Shown: one piece after another, positions 27,095-35,543 of the stretch
Layout: the number at the start of each line of letters is the position of its first letter
Numbering within the stretch: the stretch's first letter is position 1
Source of the DNA: an uncultured Rhizobium sp.
Lineage (GTDB): Bacteria; Bacteroidota; Bacteroidia; NS11-12g; UBA955
Assembly (NCBI GenBank): GCA_964415065.1
Contig: CAYPYX010000010.1
Location: 864 to 64,863 of the forward strand
Length of the DNA stretch: 64,000 bases
Reading direction: 5' to 3'
Program-made: the position numbers and the translations under genes
The notes under the pieces: generated by a model
What the model saw: only the letters and a program-made list of their open reading frames with translations
The model's database searches: none
Told to the model about the DNA's origin: nothing

Positions 27095-27979
27095 TTAAAT
27101 TCCTGTGTTTTTGATTTTTTGAAAATACAATTTTTTAATGATAGCATCGGCCAATCCGACTTTTGGAACCAGTATATCATTGCAATTGGACCACTTCATT
27201 ACACTTAGGTAAATGTGCATGGCAGGAACAATTACATTGGCTCTATCTTCTCGAATATTGAATTGGTGTATGCGTTCTTCAATGGGTAAGGGAGCCATAT
27301 TTTGGTGTAATTGTTTAATGAAATTGCGACTCAAAGGCTTTCCTTCTTTTTGTTTTGAAATGGAGAATATTTTATTTATGTTTCCCCCGCTTCCCACCAA
27401 TTGTAAATTGGCAGATTGTGCTACGTGAGTTTTAACAAATGATTTCATTGCTTGCCAAGCATCATCGTAATTTAATTGATTCAAAATACGAATAGTGCCT
27501 ACGTTGAATGATTGTTTAGCCACTATGGCTGTGTCGTTAAAAAGGGTTAATTCCGTACTTCCTCCACCAACATCGATAAATAATTGCTGACCGGTATTAA
27601 TGGTATGATTTTCCAGCAGGATTCCTGCTTCTTCGTCTCCAGAAATAATATCGATTTCGATCTTCGTTTTCTTGCGTATGGTTTTTTTGATTTTGGAGCC
27701 ATTTTTGGCATCCCTCATTGCTGAAGTAGCGCAGGCTCGGTAATGTTCCACTTTGTAAATTTCCATCAGATTTTTAAAGACCTGCATGGTTTGGATGAAC
27801 ATTTTAATCTTTTCGGGGGATATGAAACCGGTTTCGAAGACATCAAAACCCAATTGTAATGGAATTCTGACCAGATTGAGTTTGGTGAAATCGGTATCGG
27901 TTCCAGTGCCGTATGGATCTGCCTTCATGATGAGTAGGCGTGCGGCATTGGAACCAATATCGATACTTGCGAGAATCAC
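27095..27979 (-). CDS. ppx: Ppx/GppA-family exopolyphosphatase (short form)
   Basis: N-terminal ASIDIGSNAARLLI, and DVGGGSTEL and GSGGN phosphate-binding loops of the ASKHA fold. Confidence 0.87.
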   Translation of the reverse strand: MILASIDIGSNAARLLIMKADPYGTGTDTDFTKLNLVRIPLQLGFDVFETGFISPEKIKMFIQTMQVFKNLMEIYKVEHYRACATSAMRDAKNGSKIKKTIRKKTKIEIDIISGDEEAGILLENHTINTGQQLFIDVGGGSTELTLFNDTAIVAKQSFNVGTIRILNQLNYDDAWQAMKSFVKTHVAQSANLQLVGSGGNINKIFSISKQKEGKPLSRNFIKQLHQNMAPLPIEERIHQFNIREDRANVIVPAMHIYLSVMKWSNCNDILVPKVGLADAIIKKLYFQKIKNTGI

Positions 27980-28113
27980 AGTTAGGGTTTGAGATTAAAT
28001 ATTCTCCAAATAAACACCATGTCTGCGACTTTGTGCGGTATTTCTGTATTATTTTTTATTAACAATACTTGATTTTAAGGTGCAACTTTAAATAATACTT
28101 TTAGATGTATAAA

Positions 28114-28803
28114 TTAAAAAACTTCAGAGATAGAAGACGAAAACTGAAATGCATCTTGTATCATGTAGTAGTTTTCTGGATCGATGCAAGCTGAATATGC
28201 ATATTTTGCAAATTCAACACGGCTACTTTCAAAACTAAACACCAACAGCATTTCTCTGATTTGCCAAGAACTTAAAGAGTTGCTATTTGCAATGTTTTTG
28301 GCCAAAATTAATCGGTCAGAATCGAATGCAGCTGATTTTAATATATTTAAGGATCCATAAAAATGATTGTAATCCATTGCTACAGGTCCACAATCTCTAT
28401 GACCACCTTGAAAGTTACAAGATATTGCAGGACAATTTCGAATGGCCGCCGGTTTGCAAGCTCTGGGTGAACGAGGTTGATTTACATGGTTACAATGATT
28501 GGGAGAACACGAATTGCCGTGGTTGCAAACTCTAGGTTGTGGATTGCATATTCCACAAGCCGCAACTCGGTTTCTTCCATGCTTGGAACACGAAGGATAA
28601 ACGGCAGCGTTTTGCTGATGGTTGCAATTCGATGAATGATTGCATGATGATTGTTGATGTCCATCAGAATGATGTGAATGATTTCCTGCCTGAATTTTAA
28701 CTTGTACTTTAACGTTGGAAGAGGACGAATGGTGGTGGCGTTGAGCTGATGCAATAGAAAAAGACATCAAAGAAATCATGCCGAGTAGAATTGAGTTTTT
28801 CAT
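28114..28803 (-). CDS. Secreted DUF4476-domain protein with a His/Cys/Asn-rich N-terminal half
   Basis: Signal peptide. The region from HHHSSSSN through many CNH/CxxC-like repeats comes first. The C-terminus FDSDRLILAKNI...SWQIREMLLVFSFESSRVEFAKYAY is DUF4476-like. Confidence 0.75.
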   Translation of the reverse strand: MKNSILLGMISLMSFSIASAQRHHHSSSSNVKVQVKIQAGNHSHHSDGHQQSSCNHSSNCNHQQNAAVYPSCSKHGRNRVAACGICNPQPRVCNHGNSCSPNHCNHVNQPRSPRACKPAAIRNCPAISCNFQGGHRDCGPVAMDYNHFYGSLNILKSAAFDSDRLILAKNIANSNSLSSWQIREMLLVFSFESSRVEFAKYAYSACIDPENYYMIQDAFQFSSSISEVF

Positions 28804-28945
28804 GGTGTAGCCTCCTTTTTGTTAATTGTTTTGTTGTTTGATTTTCAAAATTCAAAAAGCGTGCCACGATTTTGGATATAGCGTTCGTCGAAAAAATGAA
28901 TCGACCAAATGAAAATATTTAATGACACAATAAAAAAGATTAATT

Positions 28946-29293
28946 TTGCCTTATTGGATGCTTAAAAGTCTGAGAAAATATCGCTTCTTATTAGCCATTT
29001 TAGGGCTTTTCTCAGTGTCTTTTGGGTACGTAAATATCTCTAAAAATCACGTTTCAAATCCCATAGTTCAAATCGAAGAAGTAGAGTTCGAAGAGGCGAA
29101 TTTAGAGGGTTTGGCGGATATTGGGTTCGAGTTTTTTACTTCGCTTTTCACCGTACTTATCGTAGCCGGTTTTAAGGCTCCAATAAACACCTTGTTAAAG
29201 CGACTGAAATTTGAATTCATCAATCAAATAGCTCAGTCCATTCGTGCCATTGGACATTTCCTGCGTTTTCATCAAATCAAGTTAGGATTTTAA
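28946..29293 (+). CDS. Small hypothetical membrane protein
   Basis: ORF whose likely ATG is at 28958 (MLKSLRKYRFLLAILGLF). A good hairpin terminator follows, which supports transcription. Confidence 0.5.
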   Translation: MPYWMLKSLRKYRFLLAILGLFSVSFGYVNISKNHVSNPIVQIEEVEFEEANLEGLADIGFEFFTSLFTVLIVAGFKAPINTLLKRLKFEFINQIAQSIRAIGHFLRFHQIKLGF

Positions 29294-29315
29294 TTTGCAA
29301 CCGAATTGAAAAGAG

Positions 29316-29352
29316 TTCCAGATTTTCAAAACTAATCTGGAAGTTTCTTTTT
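29316..29352 (+). terminator. Rho-independent terminator
   Basis: 9-bp stem ttccagatt / aatctggaa with loop ttcaaaact, followed by gtttcttttt. Confidence 0.65.
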
Positions 29353-29404
29353 AATCATCAGCTCTCCTTAAAGGAGGGTCAAACTAGGACCTAGTTGTGA
29401 ATCT

Positions 29405-31063
29405 ATGGTCTCAGTATTTTGCTCAAAATACTATTTGATTCAAATGAAAAACGAAAAACAAATTAAACATATATCGCTCCCCGCGGAAGGTTTCGCTGGG
29501 TTGAAGCAAAATTTTAGTTCCGATTTTATGTCGGGATTTTTTATATTCTTGTTGGCTTTGCCACTGAGTTTAGGAATTTCAAAAGCAAGTGAGTTTCCTG
29601 CAATTATGGGACTGATTACAGCCATGATTGGTGGAGTAGTGGTGTCATGGATTGCTGGATCGCGATTAACAATTAAGGGTCCAGCTGCAGGGTTAATTGT
29701 AATTGTAGCGGGTGCAGTAGCCGAATTCGGTAAAGGAGATGCCTTGTTGGGTTGGAAATTGGCATTGGGCGCCATTTTTGTTGCAAGCATCATTCAAATA
29801 TTATTCGGTTTAATTCGCTTAGGATCGTTGGTGGATTTTTTCCCACTGAGTGCAATTCACGGAATGTTGGCTGCCATCGGAATTATTATTATCAGTAAAC
29901 AGGCGCATCAAATATTTGGAGTTACCCCCAAAGACAGTTTAGGGCATGTTTTGTCTGAACCCATAGATTTAATTCGGGCCATCCCTAAAAGTATGATTCT
30001 CGCAGATCACAATTCCCTGATAATTGGTGTAGTAAGCTTGCTTATTGTGTTTTTATGGCCATTGGTGAAGCATCCCATACTTAAAAAAGTGCCAAGTCCA
30101 ATTTTGGTTTTAGGGGTTGCTATTCCACTATCCAAAGGTATACATTTGGATCCTAAGTACTTGATTCATTTCGGAGATGATTTAATTCATACATTGAAAA
30201 TTAACATTCAATTTGGAGGAATGACAGAGACTGGAACCTTTATTAAATATGTACTCATGTTCGCACTGGTGGGAAGTTTGGAAAGTTTATTAACGGTAAA
30301 AGCAGTAGATGCGATGGATCCATTTCGCAGAAAGTCCAATGCTAATAAAGATTTGATAGCCGTTGGTATCGGTAATATGATTAGTTCAATTTTGGGTGGT
30401 TTGCCTATGATTTCTGAAGTAGCTCGAAGCAGTGCAAACGTTAATAATGGTGCAAAAACGCGATTTGCTAACTTTTGGCATGGGGCACTGATGTTATTGT
30501 TTTTGCTATTTGATCTTGAATTCTCTGATTTGATACCTCAAGGAGCATTGGCTGCATTGCTTATTGGAGTAGGCGTGAAATTAGCTAGTCCGAAAGAGTT
30601 TGGTCGCATGGCAAAAATAGGTCCTGAGCAGTTGGCTGTATTTATCACTACCATTGTTGTAACTCTCTTGACGGATTTGCTCTTAGGTATTTTTGCAGGA
30701 ATTGTGATAAAAATTATTCTTCAAACCATTTTAGGTGCACCGTTGAAATCCGCATTTAAATTGGATTATGAACAAAGGGGTAATGTATTATATGTAAAAA
30801 AAGCAGCTGTATTTTCCAATTGGTTGAAATTAAATAAAATAATTGCAAGTTTTAATCAAAAGGATATCTATAAGTTGGATTTTTCACAATGCAGAATAAT
30901 TGATCATACGGTACAGGAAAATCTACACCATTTGATTCGAGAGTTTGAAAATTCGGGTGGATTGTTGGAAGTAACTGGAGTGGATGATATGAAATACACT
31001 TCCAAGTCTAAACACCATATGTCTACACGGTATCGTTCTCGTAGAACCGTTGTTTCACAGTAA
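29405..31063 (+). CDS. SulP-family inorganic anion transporter with a C-terminal STAS domain (BicA-like candidate)
   Basis: SulP core (FLLALPLSLGISKASEFPAIMGLITAMIGGVV..., ESLLTVKAVD) and a STAS-like tail. The likely ATG is at 29444 (MKNEKQ). Confidence 0.92.
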   Translation: MVSVFCSKYYLIQMKNEKQIKHISLPAEGFAGLKQNFSSDFMSGFFIFLLALPLSLGISKASEFPAIMGLITAMIGGVVVSWIAGSRLTIKGPAAGLIVIVAGAVAEFGKGDALLGWKLALGAIFVASIIQILFGLIRLGSLVDFFPLSAIHGMLAAIGIIIISKQAHQIFGVTPKDSLGHVLSEPIDLIRAIPKSMILADHNSLIIGVVSLLIVFLWPLVKHPILKKVPSPILVLGVAIPLSKGIHLDPKYLIHFGDDLIHTLKINIQFGGMTETGTFIKYVLMFALVGSLESLLTVKAVDAMDPFRRKSNANKDLIAVGIGNMISSILGGLPMISEVARSSANVNNGAKTRFANFWHGALMLLFLLFDLEFSDLIPQGALAALLIGVGVKLASPKEFGRMAKIGPEQLAVFITTIVVTLLTDLLLGIFAGIVIKIILQTILGAPLKSAFKLDYEQRGNVLYVKKAAVFSNWLKLNKIIASFNQKDIYKLDFSQCRIIDHTVQENLHHLIREFENSGGLLEVTGVDDMKYTSKSKHHMSTRYRSRRTVVSQ

Positions 31064-31078
31064 AATCGTTCGGGATTT

Positions 31079-33670
31079 ATGAAACAAGAAAATGAAATTG
31101 AGAACAAATACTTGTCTCAAATCAGACATTTATTGCCCAGTCAGGCACCATTGAAAGATTTTGTGCATCATAATACACTTCATCACTTTCAGGAATTACC
31201 GTTTTTAAACGCTATCGAGACGTATTTTCAAGAGCTAGGTATCAAAAATATTTACGATTTAAAAACGTATTTAGACTGGTTTAATCAAGGTGTAATTTCT
31301 AGAGATGCTTTGACTTTTGTCCTTTCTAGAGATAAAAACAAGAAACACTACACTGTAGACCAGTGGGTAGATTATACTCGAAATCAAATTGAAATTTACG
31401 AGAATCAGTTGCAATGGCACCCTAAAGTGAAAACCTTGAAGGGTTTGTGGAAGCGTAAATTGAACTTGGATGTTGATGCGGTTGTGTATCCAGTTTTATT
31501 TCGTTGGATTTCCAATTATATGGATCAAGGAATTTCAGAATTGGAAAACGAACTGTGGAGCGAGGGCTTGTGGGCGGATTTCAAAACTATTAATAAACAG
31601 AGTTTCGTATCTGTATTAAAGCATCCCCATTCTAAATGGATACTGGAGGAAAGCCAGAGTCCAGAATCAGCTTTGAATACACTTTTGAATGAGTTAGTGG
31701 GAGATGAGTCGCTGGGATTTGAATATTTGAAAGAGCAACAACTCATGCATCCAGGTTGGTCAGGGTTGGTTTCAGTGGTAGAACAGAATCCTCGACATTT
31801 GATTTTGCCTCGAAAAGTTCGATTGGTTGAGTTTATAGCTATTGAATTATTATTGGAATTTGACTTTTTGGTGTCTCACGTTAAAAAGGGAACTTCGTTC
31901 AAATTGTGTGATTTATTGGATACCGAATTTGTTCAACTTTCAACAGGTCCAAAGCCGGATTTTTCTACAGAAAATATTTGGCAATTAGCTTTCGAATGGA
32001 CCTACTATTCAACCGTAATTAATCAAATTCAAACCAGCACTTTAAGTAGTTCTCAGAAAGAGAATTCCGGTTCATTTGCAACATATCAAGCGCTTTTTTG
32101 CATCGATGATCGCGAGGGAAGTTTGCGAAGTCATCTAGAGGAAATATCCGATAATTCAGTTCAGACTTTTGGAATACCGGGATTTTTTGGGATTGAATTT
32201 TATTACCAAGGATTGGGAATGGTACACGCTTCCAAAAGTTGTCCTGCGCCAGTTACTCCTCACGTATTGATTAAGGAGCAACATCCAAATTCACATCGAT
32301 TGAACAACCAAAATCGGTTGAAACAGAATGATTCGAGCCAGGTACCAATAAACGAGCAAAATCAGAATGCTTCAAGCACAAGGAATACGTCCCCCGAAAA
32401 AATAAAAAATGACCCAATTCTTCATCGAAATACGCATAAATCGATTCACGGAATAATGGGTTCCATAGGGCTCGGATTTGCAGCAGGATATAGATTGGTA
32501 AAGCAAATGGTTCAACCACAAATGAATCATTATGTTGCGAGTTCAGCCTCTTTTATGAATCCCGAGTCAAAATTGACGTTGTTGCACATGGGCGTTTTTG
32601 AAAATGGACTGCAAGTCGGATTTACACTTGAGGAATTGCTGGTTAGGGCGGAGAATATGCTTCGAAGTATAGATTTGACACAAAATTTTGCTTCTTTGGT
32701 GTATTTGATTGGTCACGGAGCCAGTTCAATTAACAATCCTCATTATGCGGCGTACGATTGCGGTGCTTGTAGTGGTAGACCAGGTTCAGTTAATGCCAGG
32801 CTGATGGCGATGGTGTTGAATTTGCCTGAAATTAGATTGGGTTTAAAGCAAAAAGGTATAGAGATACCTGAAACTACTCGTTTCATCGGTGCTCTACACG
32901 ATACCACACGCGATGAAATTCAGTTCTACGATTTACATCGAATGCCATCGGATCGGTTGTATGAACACGGAAAATTTCAAGATTGGGTTGAAAATGCACT
33001 GCTGTATAATTCCGCTGAAAGGTCTCTTGCCTTTACTAATATGAACAGTGTTTTTCATAAATCAGCACTGAAAAATAAGCAGGGTGTTTCCAAAGAGACA
33101 TTGAAACAAATCCATCAAGAGGTTTTAAAACGAAGTCTTCGATTGTTTGAAACTCGTCCAGAATACAATCATGCAACGAATGCCTTGTGTGTTATTGGAA
33201 ATCGCAGTTTAACGCAACATGTAGATTTAGATCGCAGGGCTTTTCTGCAGTCGTATAATCCATTTTCGGATCAAGATGGTTCTATTCTACATTCCATCAT
33301 GAAGGCCGCTGTTCCCGTTTGTGGCGGAATTAATTTGGAGTATTACTTTTCAAAAGTAAGTCCCGATCAAATGGGAGCAGGTAGTAAGCTTCCGCACAAC
33401 GTAAATGGACTTTTAGGCGTATCAAATGGTGTTGAAGGCGATTTGAGAACGGGTTTGCCAGCTCAAATGGTGGAAATTCATGATGCCATACGATTGTTAA
33501 TGGTTATTCAACAATCACCAGAAATACTGGAACAAATTTTAAATCAAGATTCTGTTTTGAAAGAGTGGTTTGAAAATGAATGGATGCATTTACTCGTAAT
33601 TCATCCAATCTCGGGAGCAAGTTATTATTATTCTAACGGATCTTTTGTTAACTATTTAATAGAAAAATAG
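31079..33670 (+). CDS. dabA: DabA (DUF2309) inorganic-carbon transporter subunit
   Basis: N-terminal LKDFVHHNTLHHF. Putative Zn ligands are FCIDDRE (Cys341 at 32099..32101 and Asp343) and GHGASSINNPHYAAYDCGACSG (His546 at 32714 and Cys561 at 32759). Motif GLLGVSNGVEGDLRTGLP is present. Its stop is 1 nt from the DabB start. Confidence 0.92.
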   Translation: MKQENEIENKYLSQIRHLLPSQAPLKDFVHHNTLHHFQELPFLNAIETYFQELGIKNIYDLKTYLDWFNQGVISRDALTFVLSRDKNKKHYTVDQWVDYTRNQIEIYENQLQWHPKVKTLKGLWKRKLNLDVDAVVYPVLFRWISNYMDQGISELENELWSEGLWADFKTINKQSFVSVLKHPHSKWILEESQSPESALNTLLNELVGDESLGFEYLKEQQLMHPGWSGLVSVVEQNPRHLILPRKVRLVEFIAIELLLEFDFLVSHVKKGTSFKLCDLLDTEFVQLSTGPKPDFSTENIWQLAFEWTYYSTVINQIQTSTLSSSQKENSGSFATYQALFCIDDREGSLRSHLEEISDNSVQTFGIPGFFGIEFYYQGLGMVHASKSCPAPVTPHVLIKEQHPNSHRLNNQNRLKQNDSSQVPINEQNQNASSTRNTSPEKIKNDPILHRNTHKSIHGIMGSIGLGFAAGYRLVKQMVQPQMNHYVASSASFMNPESKLTLLHMGVFENGLQVGFTLEELLVRAENMLRSIDLTQNFASLVYLIGHGASSINNPHYAAYDCGACSGRPGSVNARLMAMVLNLPEIRLGLKQKGIEIPETTRFIGALHDTTRDEIQFYDLHRMPSDRLYEHGKFQDWVENALLYNSAERSLAFTNMNSVFHKSALKNKQGVSKETLKQIHQEVLKRSLRLFETRPEYNHATNALCVIGNRSLTQHVDLDRRAFLQSYNPFSDQDGSILHSIMKAAVPVCGGINLEYYFSKVSPDQMGAGSKLPHNVNGLLGVSNGVEGDLRTGLPAQMVEIHDAIRLLMVIQQSPEILEQILNQDSVLKEWFENEWMHLLVIHPISGASYYYSNGSFVNYLIEK

Positions 33671-33671
33671 A

Positions 33672-35543
33672 ATGGGAATACTAAATAATTTTATTTTAAT
33701 TCCCATTTTGGGATGGGTGATAAGTTTGTTGTGGCAGAGAAAAAGTGAAAAGTTAATTTCCAATACAGCATTGCTAACATTGTTGTTGCAGTTGTTGATT
33801 TTTCCTGTGTTGATTTATACCTGGTGGTTAACTTCAGAAAAATGGATAAGTCTCTTCGATTTTACGCTATACAATTCAGGCGATTATTCATTTAACTTCA
33901 GTTTGTATTTCGATAAAATATCGGCAGTTTTCTCTTTAGTGGGAATACTTTTGAGCTTAATAGTGGTATTCTATACTTCCAAGTATTTACATGGAGAACC
34001 GGGGTATAAACGCTTTTTTAACACCATTCAGCTGTTTTTTGTGGGATATAATTTCGTCATCTTTGGAGGAAATTACGAAACGGTTTTTATAGGTTGGGAA
34101 ATTCTTGGAATTAGTTCATTTTTATTGATTGCTTTTTATCGTGAACGTTATCTTCCGGTTAAAAACGCCGTAAAAGTATTCTTTATTTATCGGATTGGGG
34201 ATGTAGGGTTTATTTTAGCCATGTGGCTTAGTCATCATGCTTGGCATAGCAACATCAATTTTGCCCATTTGAATCATGTAGATTTTGTGCGAGATCATTT
34301 ACAGGAAAGCGCAGGGGTTGGAGTTGCAGTTGGCTTGTTATTCTTTTTGGTAGCGATGGGTAAAAGTGCGTTGTTTCCATTTTCGAGTTGGCTTCCACGA
34401 GCAATGGAAGGGCCAACGCCGTCTTCGGCAATTTTCTACGGTTCTTTGTCTGTGCATTTAGGAGCTTTTTTGATGCTACGTACTTTGCCTATTGTTTTGC
34501 AAGAACCAATGGTTCAAGCTTTTATGATTATGGTTGGAGCAATTACTTCGTTAGTTGGACATTATACAGCAAAGTATCAGTCCACCATTAAATCGCAAGT
34601 TGCTTATGGTTCTTTATCCCAAATTGGTTTGATTTTTATTGAGATTGCATTGGGTTGGGTGGATTTGGCGTTGCTCCATTTTGTTGGAAATGCTTTGTTG
34701 AGAACCTACCAATTGTTAGTGAGCCCTTCATCAGTTGTCTATTTAATTCGAAAACAACATCGTTCCAGTCTTCCCGAAAAGCAGCACTCTCAATTTCTGA
34801 ATCGGTGGAATTACACAATGTATGTTTTGAGTCTTAAAGAATTCTATATGGAGCAAATTCAATATGGATTACTCTGGTATCCATTTAAACAATGCGGTCG
34901 ATGGTTGAATAAAGTCGATAAACGATATTTTGTGAGTGTAGGTGTAGTGTTGATGGGGTTGTTTAGTGTGGATTTCTTTGGACTTACTGAGTATTCTCCT
35001 GATTGGTGGTTGTCAATAAATCAACACTTATCTCTGGTTTTAGCGATATTTGCATTGTCTTTGGTGCTATTTGCATTTGGCAACTATAAAAATTCTCTTT
35101 TTTCTTGGATATCAATTTCGTTGAGCCATTTGTTCATTGCATTGAGCGTACTCGTAAAGTCTAAAGGATTTTTAGGGGATGTGGAAATTTACTTAAGTGG
35201 AATTTTTATAGCCTCAATTATGGGAATAATCGTATTGAGATACATTCAAAAACAGCATAATATTCGGTTAAATCACCACTGGGGATTATTTCAATTTTTT
35301 CCCAAGTTATCGGTTTTCTTCTTGGTGATTTCACTGATGATGACTGGTTTTCCAATAACTCCAACTTTCCTAGGGGAAGATCTAATGTTTACCCATTTGC
35401 AAACGAATGAGCCTTTGTTGGCTTCAATCATTGCACTCACATTAATAATCGACGGATTGGTAATTGTTCGTATATATTCTAGGTTGTTTTTTGTAATTAC
35501 CCGTGATGAAAACAACCGAAATAAATTTTATAAAAATGCTTAG
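33672..35543 (+). CDS. dabB: DabB, NuoL/MnhA-like proton-conducting membrane subunit
   Basis: Proton_antipo_M features WEILGISSFLLIAFY, SALFPFSSWLPRAMEGPTPSSAIFYGSLSVHLGAFL and VAYGSLSQIGLIF. Tightly coupled to dabA. Confidence 0.9.
   Translation: MGILNNFILIPILGWVISLLWQRKSEKLISNTALLTLLLQLLIFPVLIYTWWLTSEKWISLFDFTLYNSGDYSFNFSLYFDKISAVFSLVGILLSLIVVFYTSKYLHGEPGYKRFFNTIQLFFVGYNFVIFGGNYETVFIGWEILGISSFLLIAFYRERYLPVKNAVKVFFIYRIGDVGFILAMWLSHHAWHSNINFAHLNHVDFVRDHLQESAGVGVAVGLLFFLVAMGKSALFPFSSWLPRAMEGPTPSSAIFYGSLSVHLGAFLMLRTLPIVLQEPMVQAFMIMVGAITSLVGHYTAKYQSTIKSQVAYGSLSQIGLIFIEIALGWVDLALLHFVGNALLRTYQLLVSPSSVVYLIRKQHRSSLPEKQHSQFLNRWNYTMYVLSLKEFYMEQIQYGLLWYPFKQCGRWLNKVDKRYFVSVGVVLMGLFSVDFFGLTEYSPDWWLSINQHLSLVLAIFALSLVLFAFGNYKNSLFSWISISLSHLFIALSVLVKSKGFLGDVEIYLSGIFIASIMGIIVLRYIQKQHNIRLNHHWGLFQFFPKLSVFFLVISLMMTGFPITPTFLGEDLMFTHLQTNEPLLASIIALTLIIDGLVIVRIYSRLFFVITRDENNRNKFYKNA

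Noticed and set aside
28482-28754. 90-aa same-strand alternative-frame ORF within the DUF4476 gene.
   Set aside because: It is nested in the His/Cys-rich repetitive region of the longer ORF, which has a signal peptide and a recognisable C-terminal domain. The alternative frame is a by-product of the repetitive CAT/CAC-rich DNA.
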